DNA of 64,000 bases from Rickettsiales bacterium (GCA_965233735.1 OZ247501.1:102531-166530), one strand, 5' to 3'. Shown: positions 10,121 through 21,116, numbered from the stretch's first letter. Numbers and translations are program-made. Notes: generated by a model from the letters alone, not told the origin.

Positions 10121-10197
10121 TGGTTGCGGGAGCAGGATTTGAACCTACGACCTTCAGGTTATGAACCTGACGAGCTACCAAGCTGCTCTATCCCGCA
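10121..10197 (-). tRNA. tRNA-fMet (CAT), initiator type, CCA encoded
   Basis: TGCGGGATAGAGCAGCTTGGTAGCTCGTCAGGTTCATAACCTGAAGGTCGTAGGTTCAAATCCTGCTCCCGCAACCA. Confidence 0.93.
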
Positions 10198-10320
10198 ATT
10201 AAATTCTATGAAATTTATGAATATTTTGCAAGAGCTAAATATATATTTTTATTCAAAAATATTAACAAATCATGAATATTAATAGCACTTATCTTGTATA
10301 GATAAATCTATATGAAAATG

Positions 10321-10349
10321 TAGACATAGACTGCGTTTTGTGCTATAAA
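10321..10349 (+). promoter_or_regulatory. Sigma70 promoter of tRNA-Leu/tig
   Basis: TAGACA-N17-TATAAA with an extended TG, 9 nt upstream of the tRNA. Confidence 0.55.
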
Positions 10350-10358
10350 TTGGGCCGA

Positions 10359-10439
10359 GCGGATGTGGTGGAATGGTAGACACGTTAGATTTAGGTTCTA
10401 ATGACGCGAGTCGTGGGGGTTCAAGTCCCTTCATCCGTA
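10359..10439 (+). tRNA. tRNA-Leu (TAG)
   Basis: Cloverleaf with long variable arm, anticodon loop TTTAGGT, GGTTCAAGTCC T-arm. No encoded CCA. Confidence 0.93.
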
Positions 10440-10458
10440 TAAAATAGGAGAGAACAAA

Positions 10459-12141
10459 ATGAATTTACCTGCTGAAAAAGATTTCTTAGAAGGAGTTGAG
10501 TATAATTTAACTTCATCTGAGGGATTAAATAAAACATACGAAGTAAAAGTGCAACATGGTAAGTTTGTTGAGTTAGTAGAAGGTTTTTTTGAAGAAAAAA
10601 GAAAATCTTATTCTACAAAATATTTTAGAGTAGGAAAAGTTCCTATGTCTATTGTGAAAAAGCATTTTGCTGCTTCTTCCTTTGCTAATGTTGTTAGCAA
10701 AATGACTGCTGAGATATTAGTAAAATTAGATGAAAAGTTTTTAGGAGATCCAGATATTTCTGTAAAGCAACATTTTAATGCAGATGAAAAAAAAGATCCA
10801 ATTTTCAATATAATTCTAAACACAGAGCCGTCTGTTCCTGATTTTGATTTTAAAAGTATTAAAATTATTAACCCTGAAGTTAATATTACAGATGAAGATA
10901 TCATGCATGAAATGGAAATGTGGGCAAAAAATAACGAACGAGGTGTTGAGTTAGCTGAGAAAAGAGCTTCTAAAATTGGTGATACTGTGTTGATTTCAAT
11001 GCACTTGTTGGACAAATCATCTCAAAGTGAAAAGAAATCTTTAAAAGTAAAATTAGGATCTGGAATGTTTATTGACATTGAAGATAAACTATTAGATAAA
11101 AATGAAGGAGATAAAATTCCTCATACTATAAAAATTGATAAAAACATTACAGAAAACAAAAGTCTTCCATCTGATATGAAAAAATTTGCAGGAAAAAACA
11201 TATCTGTAAATTTGTCAGTTGATAAGATTATGGAAACCAAAAACTATGAAGTTAACGAAGAAATGGCAAAAAAATTTGGATGCTCATCAATCGATACATG
11301 TAAATTAAGATTCAAATCAATGATGGAAGACAAAGTTGATGAATCTATTTTTATGTATAAAAAGCATCAACTTTCAAAGAATTTAAGCAGTGAAGTAGAG
11401 TTTGATATTCCTAATAATGCTTTGAAATTAGAAATTCAAATTTTGTGGAACAAATTTTTAGCTAGATTTAATTTAAAAAGAGATGAAATGTTTAATTATG
11501 AAGAAATAAAAATTTTATTTGACAATATTAAAAAAGCTGGATTTTTATCAGATAAAACTTTTGATGAAGCAAATGCTCACTATGCAGAAATTGCTACTAG
11601 AAGAATAAAGTTCTTTTTTGTTATGAAGAAAATTCAAAATGATTTAGAAATCAAACTTCAAAAAGAGGACGTTGATAAAGAAATCATGAAAAAATCTTCT
11701 GATTTCAAAGGTGGTTTGGCTGAAGCTGTAAGTTATTACGAAAAAAATAAAAATGCTAGGAAAGATTTAGAAAATGTTGCTCTTGAAGATAAAATTGTTG
11801 CAGAGCTTGTTTCTAAAATAACATTAGAAGATAAAAAAATGGCAGTTAAAGAATTATTTGAATCTTTAAGTGTTTTGATAAATGAATTTGATTTGCCTAT
11901 TTCTATGAAAGAAGAATCTGAACTTGATGATGAAAAATCTTCTGAAGCAGGATTAACTGATGAATCTTCTTCTGAATCTGATAAAGAAGAAAAAAAGGAA
12001 AAAGCTAAAAAAACAAGAAAGCCAGCTGCAAAAAAGAAAAATGATGATTCTGATGAAGGTGGTTCTAAAAAAGAAGAAAAATCTTCTGAACAACCAGATG
12101 CAAAAGCTAAAAAAGCAAAGTCACCTACTAAGGTCTCATAA
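10459..12141 (+). CDS. tig: Trigger factor (divergent, with charged C-terminal tail)
   Basis: YFRVGKVP (GFRxGKVP-like), FKBP-like middle domain, synteny tRNA-Leu-tig-clpP-clpX. Confidence 0.85.
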   Translation: MNLPAEKDFLEGVEYNLTSSEGLNKTYEVKVQHGKFVELVEGFFEEKRKSYSTKYFRVGKVPMSIVKKHFAASSFANVVSKMTAEILVKLDEKFLGDPDISVKQHFNADEKKDPIFNIILNTEPSVPDFDFKSIKIINPEVNITDEDIMHEMEMWAKNNERGVELAEKRASKIGDTVLISMHLLDKSSQSEKKSLKVKLGSGMFIDIEDKLLDKNEGDKIPHTIKIDKNITENKSLPSDMKKFAGKNISVNLSVDKIMETKNYEVNEEMAKKFGCSSIDTCKLRFKSMMEDKVDESIFMYKKHQLSKNLSSEVEFDIPNNALKLEIQILWNKFLARFNLKRDEMFNYEEIKILFDNIKKAGFLSDKTFDEANAHYAEIATRRIKFFFVMKKIQNDLEIKLQKEDVDKEIMKKSSDFKGGLAEAVSYYEKNKNARKDLENVALEDKIVAELVSKITLEDKKMAVKELFESLSVLINEFDLPISMKEESELDDEKSSEAGLTDESSSESDKEEKKEKAKKTRKPAAKKKNDDSDEGGSKKEEKSSEQPDAKAKKAKSPTKVS

Positions 12142-12734
12142 TGAATTTAGTTCCTGTAGTTGTTGAAAGAAGTGGAAAAGGAGATAGATCTTATGATATT
12201 TATTCTCGCCTCTTAAAAGAAAGAGTTATTTTTCTAACTGGAGAAATTAACGATGATTTATCTACTTTGATTTGTTCTCAGTTGTTGTTTTTAGAAGCTG
12301 AAAGCTCAAAAGATATCTATATCTATGTTAATTCTCCTGGTGGATCTATTACATCAGCTTTGGCAATATATGATACCATGATGTTTGTTTCTCCAAATGT
12401 TAATACAATTTGTTTGGGCCAAGCATGTTCAGCTGCTTCTTTGTTGCTATGTGCTGGTAATAAAAGAATGATGTTAAAAAATGCTAGAGTTCTTTTGCAC
12501 CAACCTTTAGGTCAGATGAAAGGTCAAGCTCGTGACTTAGAATTATATGTAGATGAAATAAAAAAATTGAAAGACATTGTCGCAAATATCTATAATGAGC
12601 ATACAGGTATATCATTAGAAGAGTTAGATGATATATTTGATAGAGATACTATATATAGGAGTCATGAAGCAATAAAAATGAATATTGTTGATGAAGTTGT
12701 TAAAAATAGAAAAGATGAAAAAATTAATATTTGA
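12141..12734 (+). CDS. clpP: ATP-dependent Clp protease proteolytic subunit
   Basis: [30 protein letters not shown]. Confidence 0.95.
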   Translation: MNLVPVVVERSGKGDRSYDIYSRLLKERVIFLTGEINDDLSTLICSQLLFLEAESSKDIYIYVNSPGGSITSALAIYDTMMFVSPNVNTICLGQACSAASLLLCAGNKRMMLKNARVLLHQPLGQMKGQARDLELYVDEIKKLKDIVANIYNEHTGISLEELDDIFDRDTIYRSHEAIKMNIVDEVVKNRKDEKINI

Positions 12735-12783
12735 AGAAAGTTTTTTTAACTATATTATATACAAAGTAAGGTAAGGTTTTTTT

Positions 12784-13989
12784 ATGATACAAACAAAAGA
12801 AAAGTCTCCAGTGGTGTGTTCTTTTTGCTATAAGGACCAATACTGTGTAGATAAGTTAATTGCTGCTCCATCTTCTATATTTATATGCAATGAATGTGTG
12901 GATTTATGTACCAAGATGATTAAGAAATATCAAGGTTCTGCTTCAAATGACATTGAAGTTCCATATCCATATCAAATTAAAAAAATTCTTGATGAGTATA
13001 TAGTAGGTCAAGAGTCAGCTAAAAAAGTTCTTTCTGTTGCTGTATTTAATCATTATAAGAGAGTAATTGGTGAAAAATCAGATGATGATATAGAAATTGA
13101 AAAATCTAATATTTTGCTCATAGGGCCAACTGGATCTGGAAAAACATTTTTAGCTAAAATTTTAGCTAAAATTTTGAATGTTCCGTTTGTTATTGCTGAT
13201 GCTACATCATTAACAGAAGCTGGTTATGTTGGGGAAGATGTTGAAAGTATGCTACATAAATTGTTGCAAGCTTCTGATTATAATTTAAATTTGGCTCAAA
13301 AAGGAATAGTTTATATTGATGAAATTGATAAGATTGCTAAAACTTCTGAGAACAGATCTATTTCACGAGATGTGTCTGGAGAGGGGGTTCAACAAGCTCT
13401 ACTTAAGATAATTGAGGGATCAGTAGTTTCTTTGCCTCAAAAAACGCAAAAAAAGGGACAAGAATATTCCTCTATTGATACTAAAGATATTTTGTTTATA
13501 TGTGGTGGAGCTTTTTCTGGATTAGATGAAGTTATTAATAGCAATTATAACAAAATAGGATTTGAGTCTGAGTTGAATAAAAAAGTAGAAAAATCTGAAG
13601 TTAATGTAAAAGATCTAGTAAAATTTGGATTGATTCCTGAGCTAGTAGGGCGTTTGCCTGTTGTAGCTAAATTGGGTCAAATTGACAAAGAAGCTTTGAT
13701 TAGCATAATGACGGATACAAAAAACTCAATTATAAAGCAATACTCTGCTTTGTTTGCATTAAGCAATATAAAACTTAATGTTAAAGCAGAGGCAATTGAA
13801 CTAATTGCAGAGGAAGCTTTGAAAAAAAATACAGGAGCTCGCGCATTAAAATCTGTGTTAGAGAGCTTGTTTTTGGATCCTATGTTTTCTATAAAAGAAA
13901 ACTCTAACCATGATTTGGTAATTGATAAAAAATATATTGAAACAAATGAAAATTTTTCTAAAGACAAATCTAAAAATAATTCTGCTTAA
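12784..13989 (+). CDS. clpX: Clp protease ATP-binding subunit ClpX
   Basis: CSFC zinc finger, GPTGSGKT, DEIDK, RDVSGEGVQQ, IGF, TGAR. Confidence 0.97.
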   Translation: MIQTKEKSPVVCSFCYKDQYCVDKLIAAPSSIFICNECVDLCTKMIKKYQGSASNDIEVPYPYQIKKILDEYIVGQESAKKVLSVAVFNHYKRVIGEKSDDDIEIEKSNILLIGPTGSGKTFLAKILAKILNVPFVIADATSLTEAGYVGEDVESMLHKLLQASDYNLNLAQKGIVYIDEIDKIAKTSENRSISRDVSGEGVQQALLKIIEGSVVSLPQKTQKKGQEYSSIDTKDILFICGGAFSGLDEVINSNYNKIGFESELNKKVEKSEVNVKDLVKFGLIPELVGRLPVVAKLGQIDKEALISIMTDTKNSIIKQYSALFALSNIKLNVKAEAIELIAEEALKKNTGARALKSVLESLFLDPMFSIKENSNHDLVIDKKYIETNENFSKDKSKNNSA

Positions 13990-14846
13990 GATTGTTTAGT
14001 TATCTTGCTTAATGGATGGTGTTTTTTAATTTTTTGTTCTGAATCAGTGCTATGTGTATAAATAGAAGTGGTTTTAACGCTTTCATGTCCTAGTATTTTT
14101 TGAACTTCTATTAAATTCATTCCTTTCATAACTAAATCTGATGCTAATTTATGTCTAAAATCATGAGGAGAAACTTCTAATTTTTGTAGCCATAAAAAAA
14201 CAGATTGTCTTGTAATGTGAGATGAGCCAGAGTTCCATAAATATATTGAATTAGCATTTCCTCGTGATTGCAAGTATTTTTTCAAAGCTTCAATTGATTT
14301 GTTTGTCATAAAAACTTGTCTTTCTTTGTTTCCTTTTCCTATAACTGTAAAGCTTTTTTGATTTTTTTCTGTAATATTTTTAATATCATTTAGTTTTATA
14401 TTAATAAGTTCAGAAATTCTTAACCCTGTGCTATAAATCATTAGAATTATTGACTTAAGTCTTATATCGGATTTTCTATTAGAATTAATTTTATTTAAAA
14501 TTTCATCTATTTTGTCATTGTTGATTATTTTTATATCTTTTCGTTCTTTTTTTATTTTTGGAATATCTATATTTATATTTAAATCAATTTCTGTTGAGCA
14601 AAATAAAATCCACTGGTTTATAGACCTTATTTTTCTTTCAATGCTTTTAGATTTGTGAGAATTTTGCAAACTTTCAACATATTGAATAAGAATGTTTTGA
14701 CTTGTAATGCTTTCTTTTGCATATTGCAAAAATGACTTGATATCTCTTTGATATGCTATAATAGAGTTGTGAGCTAGGTTTTTTTCATTAAGAAAATCTA
14801 GAAATAAATCAATTGTATAATTAAGATTTTTCATCTTCTGAAACAA
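13986..14846 (-). CDS. xerD: Site-specific tyrosine recombinase XerD/XerC
   Basis: TGLRISEL, GKGNKER, HDFRH, LGH, IYTH and C-terminal HHPL. dif site about 0.9 kb away. XerC versus XerD not certain. Confidence 0.8.
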   Translation of the reverse strand: MFQKMKNLNYTIDLFLDFLNEKNLAHNSIIAYQRDIKSFLQYAKESITSQNILIQYVESLQNSHKSKSIERKIRSINQWILFCSTEIDLNINIDIPKIKKERKDIKIINNDKIDEILNKINSNRKSDIRLKSIILMIYSTGLRISELINIKLNDIKNITEKNQKSFTVIGKGNKERQVFMTNKSIEALKKYLQSRGNANSIYLWNSGSSHITRQSVFLWLQKLEVSPHDFRHKLASDLVMKGMNLIEVQKILGHESVKTTSIYTHSTDSEQKIKKHHPLSKITKQS

Positions 14847-15483
14847 TGTGATTTCCTATGTTTTCAAGCAATTCTTTAGAAGCATATGATATTTTTGTTA
14901 TATCTATCATTTGTTTTGATATATTCTCTATTAAATATAATAAATTTTCATTTGTTTTTTGAGATTCATCGAATGTTTTTTGAGATTTTTCTAATTTTTC
15001 AAGCAAGCTGTTTATTTCTTGAGAGGAATACTCTATAGATTCAGAGTTTAAATACTGTTCTAGTTTGAAAAAAAAGTTTTTCTTTTTGTACATAATGAAA
15101 ACAATAGAAATTAAATTTATTGCTTCAATAGCTACGAAATTATAAAAATAATCTATGCTTATATATCCAATTCGCATAATTATAGGGTTTGCTATAGATA
15201 AAAATAATATAATATTAATACTATTATTCCATTTGCTTTTTAAATTCTTAGATACAAATCCCCAATTTGACAATATTAAGTTTTTAGATTTTATTATAAG
15301 TTTGTAATCTGAAAATATTCCTAAACGTGATGAGGAAAATTTGCCCTTTATTAAAAATGATAGTAAAGAATTATTTTTAATAGAAGTTAGTACAAAATAT
15401 ATACAAGAAAATAAATTAATAAAAATAAATAAATTAGAAAATTGTGTAAAAATATTAATGTAATCAGAAAAATCAAAACTCAT
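14821..15483 (-). CDS. Hypothetical membrane protein with C-terminal coiled coil
   Basis: 220-aa ORF with about three hydrophobic segments; overlaps the xer gene start. Confidence 0.6.
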   Translation of the reverse strand: MSFDFSDYINIFTQFSNLFIFINLFSCIYFVLTSIKNNSLLSFLIKGKFSSSRLGIFSDYKLIIKSKNLILSNWGFVSKNLKSKWNNSINIILFLSIANPIIMRIGYISIDYFYNFVAIEAINLISIVFIMYKKKNFFFKLEQYLNSESIEYSSQEINSLLEKLEKSQKTFDESQKTNENLLYLIENISKQMIDITKISYASKELLENIGNHIVSEDEKS

Positions 15484-15537
15484 AAATATATTTTATATAT
15501 ATTGCAATAAAAAATCTAGATATTTGAAAATAATAAA

Positions 15538-15611
15538 CGAGAGCGACGGGACTCGAACCCGCGACCCCCGGCGTGACAAGCCGATACTCTAACCAACTGA
15601 GCTACGCCCCC
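15538..15611 (-). tRNA. tRNA-Asp (GTC)
   Basis: GGGGGCGTAGCTCAGTTGGTTAGAGTATCGGCTTGTCACGCCGGGGGTCGCGGGTTCGAGTCCCGTCGCTCTCG. No encoded CCA. Confidence 0.95.
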
Positions 15612-15731
15612 GTTTGAATAAATGTTATACAAACAAAAGTGATTTGTCAATTTAATATAGTTAATATGAAAAATTAAATTAAAAAAATAGTTAATGCATC
15701 TTTTAATAGCCTTTTTGTTTGACTTTTGCAA

Positions 15732-15759
15732 ATTTAACATAATATTCATTATGTGAACA
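15732..15759 (-). other. dif site (XerCD chromosome dimer resolution)
   Basis: Minus strand TGTTCACATAA-TGAATA-TTATGTTAAAT. XerD arm identical to E. coli dif (GGTGCGCATAA-TGTATA-TTATGTTAAAT). Intergenic. Confidence 0.9.
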
Positions 15760-15958
15760 ATTGAATTTGTGTTAAAGAATGATTAATAAACCTGTAACAA
15801 CAATTGTATTGTTATAAAATTATTGCGATTTGTGATTTCAAGCTGTAGTTTATACCACTAATAAATTTAATTTGAGTATAAATATTATAATTAATTGAAG
15901 ATCATGTATCTAATGCAAAAAAAAATGATTGCTTGAGGGTTCACAAAATGTGTATAAA

Positions 15959-16030
15959 CAGGCGCTATAGGGATTGAACCTATGACACCCTGGTTAAAAG
16001 CCAGGTGCTCTACCACTGAGCTAAGCGCCC
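15959..16030 (-). tRNA. tRNA-Lys (TTT)
   Basis: GGGCGCTTAGCTCAGTGGTAGAGCACCTGGCTTTTAACCAGGGTGTCATAGGTTCAATCCCTATAGCGCCTG. No encoded CCA. Confidence 0.95.
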
Positions 16031-16101
16031 TCACAAACAATTTTTAAATTTTTTTAAGCTTTAGTCAAGACTTTTAATAATATTTAAGCTAATATATATT
16101 T

Positions 16102-16677
16102 ATGGATCAAAAAACTAATGTTTCAAGCATAAGAGTTGGAAATATATTGAATTTTAAAAATGACTTGTTTGTTGTTAGAAATGCTAAACATGTTAAGCCT
16201 GGAAAAGGTGGAGCATATATACAAATGGAGTTGAAAGGATTGAATTCAGGAACAAAAATAAATGAAAGATTTCATTCTGGCGACACTGTTAACAAAGCAA
16301 TTTTAGAAGAAAAACATGCAAAGTTTTTATATGCAGATTCTGAAGATTGTTATTTTATGTTTTTAGATAATTTTGAGCAGTTTGATATTAAAAAATCAAA
16401 ATTTTCTCCTATGTCAGATTTTTTTCAAGATGAAATGGAAATAAAAGCTATGATGTATGATGAAAAAGTTATTAGTTTTGAGTTTGCGAACCCAGTTGTT
16501 ATGGAGGTTGTAGATGCTGATCCAGTAATCAAAGGTCAAACTGCAGCTTCGTCATATAAATCTGCAGTTATTGAAAATGGAGTTAAAGTTCAAGTTCCTA
16601 CATATATTAAGCAAGGCGATAAAATTATAGTTAATCCTGAAGATGCTACTTATGTTGAAAGGTTTAAGGGATCATGA
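16102..16677 (+). CDS. efp: Elongation factor P
   Basis: HVKPGKGGA, KGQTAASSYK, YVER. Confidence 0.96.
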   Translation: MDQKTNVSSIRVGNILNFKNDLFVVRNAKHVKPGKGGAYIQMELKGLNSGTKINERFHSGDTVNKAILEEKHAKFLYADSEDCYFMFLDNFEQFDIKKSKFSPMSDFFQDEMEIKAMMYDEKVISFEFANPVVMEVVDADPVIKGQTAASSYKSAVIENGVKVQVPTYIKQGDKIIVNPEDATYVERFKGS

Positions 16678-17429
16678 ATAATAATATAGAAATAGAAAAT
16701 CCTATTAGATCTGCTCATATTAATATAATGAGTACAGTATTGGAAAGAGTTGGAAAAAGCTTTGCTAGAGATCTTAATGAAATCACGCATATAGCGTTTG
16801 ACAAAAGAGAAGAATTTGTAGAAAAATATAAAAAAAGATCTACAAAATTAATGTTAGATTTTTTACATGAAAAAAGACCAGAATATGGAATGATAACTAA
16901 AGAAAAAAGTTATCAAGAAGATGCTGAGTTTCATTGGGTAATCAACCCATTAAATGGAGTTGGTAACTTCACTAGAGGAATCAGTTTTTGCTGTTGTTCT
17001 ATTGCATTAGTATGTGATGGGCAAATCATGTCTGGAATGATTTTAGATCCAATAAGGCGAGAAATATTTTGTGCTGAATTAGATGAAGGAGCTTTTCTTA
17101 ATCATAGGTTAATAAAAGTATCAAAAAACATTCATTCAAAACACAGCATGTTTGGAGATAATATAGGTGATAATTTGCAATTTGGATCATCATTGCTCAA
17201 TATAGCCTATGTTGCAAGTGGTAAATTAGATGGATGTTTTGAAAAAAATCAACATTTATGTGATTCTGCAGCTGGATTGATTTTAGTTCATGAAGCAGGA
17301 GGATTGATTCAGTATGGTGATAAAATTATAAAAGACATGGACAGTTATAAAAAAGAAGATATTATATGTTCTAATGTTGTTTTACATGATCAGTTGCTTG
17401 ATAAATATAACCATTCCAATTACAGATAA
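16674..17429 (+). CDS. suhB: SuhB/inositol monophosphatase family protein with degenerate active site
   Basis: WVINPLNGVGNF, GAFLN, AYVASGKLDG, DSAAGLILVHEAGG; efp-suhB adjacency. Confidence 0.85.
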   Translation: MNNNIEIENPIRSAHINIMSTVLERVGKSFARDLNEITHIAFDKREEFVEKYKKRSTKLMLDFLHEKRPEYGMITKEKSYQEDAEFHWVINPLNGVGNFTRGISFCCCSIALVCDGQIMSGMILDPIRREIFCAELDEGAFLNHRLIKVSKNIHSKHSMFGDNIGDNLQFGSSLLNIAYVASGKLDGCFEKNQHLCDSAAGLILVHEAGGLIQYGDKIIKDMDSYKKEDIICSNVVLHDQLLDKYNHSNYR

Positions 17430-17542
17430 TAATATACTTTATTTCACTATATAAACTTTAATTAAAATAAAAAAATATATCACTACAGTTTTTTAAAGAT
17501 AAATATTTAAGAAATATTGATTTGAATTTTTTAGCTTGCTTA

Positions 17543-20500
17543 TTATGAGCAGCCACTTGTAGATCCACAGCTTTCGCATTGTAAGCATGTACCTACTCTT
17601 CTCATTGTGAATTCTTTGCAATTGCTGCACATATCTCCAGTATATCCTAGTGATTTTTTAATATCTTTTTCTGTGTTGCCTTCTGCATCTTTTTCATTTT
17701 GTGTGATTTGAGATTCATTAGCTTTATGGCTATTTGGATCTTCATTTTTTGCTTTATCTGACTCTACATGAGCAAGGTTGTCCATATTTCTATATGTGAT
17801 GCCTAAATCTCTTACTAGGTAATCAACTATTGAAGTTGCATATTTTATTCTATCATGTCCTTTTATTGGCCCATAAGGTTCAAATTTAGTGAAAGCAAAT
17901 GCATCAACATAACTTTCTAGAGGAACTCCATGTTGTAATCCAATTGATATAGATTTTGCAAGACAATTCATTAAACTTCTAAATGAAGCTCCTTCAGTTC
18001 CCATCCCAGATGTGAAAACTTCTCTAACATCATTATTTTCATTTTCGCCAGTAGTATGATAGAAAGTATATCCTCCAATTACTACTTTTTGAGTATATCC
18101 TTTTCTCTTTTTAGGAAGGGATTCTTTTTGACCTCTTTGAAGTTGGGATTTATTTACGTTTGGTTGTTGGGGAGTAACTTCTTCTTTTGTGTGTGTAGTC
18201 TTTTTGCTTGTTAAGTTCAAAGCTTGAGCTAATTTAGATCCATCTCTATAAAGAGCCATTGCCTTGACTCCAAGCTTCCAAGCTAACATGTAAGAATCTC
18301 CACAGTCTTTAATTGATGCATTTTCAGGCATGTTAATAGTTTTTGAAACAGCTCCTGATAAAAATGGTTGTACAGAAGCTACCATTTTAATATGACCTTC
18401 TGCTGCAATGAATCTTTCTCCATGAGTTGCGCAATCAAAAATTGCTAAGTGCTCTTTTTTTATGTGAGGAGCTGTAGTAATAGATCCTGTTCCACATGAA
18501 AACTCACTTGCTAAAGAAATATCTTCTTCAGAAAACTTTAATATGTTAAATAAATCTTTAGTATCTTGTGCATTGAATTTTTTGAAAAAATCCTCTCCTA
18601 ATGCCCAAGTTGAAAAAGCTGAATTTATATCAAATGAATTTTTCAATGATGAATTTACTTTTTTGATTTCTTCATCAGAAAAGCCTAAATTAGATAAAGT
18701 TTTATTATTAATAAGTCCTGGAGCATCTTTTAAGGTTCCAGTTCCAATTACATGATCTATTATTTCTTTAACCTGATTTTTATCATAACCTAGTGATTCT
18801 AATGCAGGTTTAAGAGAATTGTTAATGATTTTGAAATATCCACCACCAGAAAGCTTTTTATGCTTCACTAGAGAAAAATCTGGTTCTATTCCTAAAGTAT
18901 CACAGTCCATAAGCAACCCTATTGTTCCAGTTGGAGCAAGTAATGTTACTTGAGCATTTCTATACCCATATTTTTCTCCATTAGAAACAACTTCATTCCA
19001 TAAAGATGTTAGTTTATTTTTGGATTTTATAGGGCATTTATCCCAATTCAAGCTTAGAGGGTTAATGTCTATATTATTATACTTACCTCCAACTACTGCA
19101 GATTTATGATTTTTAATAACTTCTAACATGGAATCTTTATTTTTATCAAATTCAGCAAATGTTCCTAGTTTTTTAGCTATTTTTGAAGATGTATTATATG
19201 CTTCTCCATGCATTAATGCTGTTATATAAGAAGCTAATGCTCTTCCTTCTTCGCTATCATAAGGTAGTCCGCTTTGCATTAATAATGCTCCAAGGTTAGC
19301 ATATCCTAATCCTAAAGTTCGAAAATCAAATGATCGTTGCGCAATTAACTTTGAAGGAAATTGAGCCATTGTGATAGAAATTTCTAATACTGTTGTCCAA
19401 AGTTGTGCAGCGTGAGAAAAGCTATCTTCATTGAATTTCCAGTTTCCATAATTATGGTCATAAAATTTTAATAAGTTAATTGAAGCAAGGTTGCAAGCTG
19501 TATCATCTAAGAACATATATTCTGAACAAGGGTTGGAAGCATTAATTCTTCCGCTATTTTTGCAAGTATGCCAATCATTAATCGTTGTGTCATATTGGAT
19601 CCCCGGGTCTGCACATAGCAGGCTGACTTGTTAACTTCGTTCCATAAGTATCGTGCTGGTAATGTTTTTGATACTTCTCCCGTAGTTCTGTAAACTAAAT
19701 CACAAGATCCATCTGATTGCACTTTTCTCATGAAATCATTGCGAACCCTTACTGAGTTGTTAGAGTTTTGTCCAGATACAGAAGAATATGCTTCAGATTC
19801 AAATTCAGTTGTTAAAATTTTACAATCTATATTAGTTTCTCCTTGTTGTAGAAGTTTTAATATTCTATCTAGATATCCATATGGAATTCCTTTTTCTTCT
19901 GCATCAGAAATAGCTTCAGATAGGTCTTCATTTAAGTCAGCATTATATTTATTTTCTTCTTTTCCGTCCCAAGAATTACATGCAGTTGTTATATTTTGCA
20001 AAGCAGCATGAATTATTTTTGACCCTGTTGATAAAAATACAACTTTATCTTCTTCTTCTGTTTTCCATTTTATAAATTTTTCTATATCTGGATGATCAAT
20101 GTCTACAATGACCATTTTTGCAGATCTTCTTGTAGTTCCCCCTGATTTTATGGCTCCAGAATTAGCATCAAATACAATCAAAAAACTAATTAATCCAGAA
20201 GAAATTCCTCCAGAGGAAAGCTTTTCACTTTCTCCCCTTAAAGTAGAAAAGTTTGTTCCGCTTCCTGATCCATACTTAAAGACTCGTGTTTCTCTAGCCA
20301 TTAAATCTTGAATTCCACCCTCTTGTAGCAAATCATCTGCTACTGATTGAATGAAACACGCGTGAGGTTGTGGTCTTTCATAGGCAGAAGATGAAGTAGA
20401 CAACTTTAATGTATCAGGATCAACAAAGTAATGTCCTTGAGGCTCCCCTTCTATTCCATAAGCCCAATGTAATCCAGTATTAAACCATTGAGGTGAGTTT

Positions 20501-20946
20501 GGAGCTGCTTTTTGCATTGCAAGCATGTGGCATAATTCATCATGAAAAATCTTTGCTTCATTTTCAGAATCAAAATAATCATGTTTCCATCCCCAGTACG
20601 TCCAAGCACCAACAAGTCTACTGAAAATTTGTCTAGAGTCTGTTTCGCAAACTAACTCATTTTGGGCATTTTCTTTGTTGATTTTATCAGTATCTGGAAC
20701 AGATTTTTGTATCCATTCAGGCACATTCTCTTCAAAAACGCGTTTAGTGAATTTAGGCAATCCAGCTTTTCTAGCATATTTTTGAGCTAATATATCCACT
20801 GAAGTTTGTGACCATTGTTCTGGTACAATTATGCGATCATATGCTTTTATTATTTTACCATCTAATCCTAGTATTTTACTGCTTTTTTCAACAAATTTAA
20901 TGTTTTCATAAGGATCTGAACTGGTAAAGCGTCTCGTGAATTTCAT
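17543..20946 (-). CDS. nrdJ: Vitamin B12-dependent (class II) ribonucleotide reductase, interrupted by a 1-bp frameshift at about 19619
   Basis: PNSPQW, PQPHACFI, GGTTRR. After the shift: CADPGIQY, NASNPCSEY, TACNLAS, APTGT, SKTIN, and a C-terminal Zn ribbon ending GCS. Confidence 0.9.
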
Positions 20947-21116
20947 TATACCCCTCTTAATAAAAAGATAACTTTTTTACAAAAAATCTACTAGATTGAA
21001 AAGAATAAATAAGTATGTTAAGTGAAGACTTATTTAATATTATTTATGTAGGAATTTAATGAATTATTATGTGATTAAGTTTTATAAAGTATCTTGTTTG
21101 TAGTAAATATTGTGTC

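Noticed and set aside
15516-15749. 77-aa ORF in the ORF track
   Set aside because: It overlaps tRNA-Asp and dif; spurious.
15612-15958. oriC candidate (DnaA-box-like TGTGTATAA at 15949 and TGTGAACAA at 15752)
   Set aside because: One box is part of the dif XerC arm, and a single 9-mer in AT-rich DNA is not enough.
13986-16030. Integrative element (tyrosine recombinase beside tRNAs)
   Set aside because: The recombinase is Xer-like in size and motifs, no tRNA 3'-end duplication (att) was seen, and no cargo is present.
19600-19640. Programmed ribosomal frameshift, intein or intron in nrdJ
   Set aside because: No slippery heptamer and no inserted sequence; the protein is colinear once one base is added.
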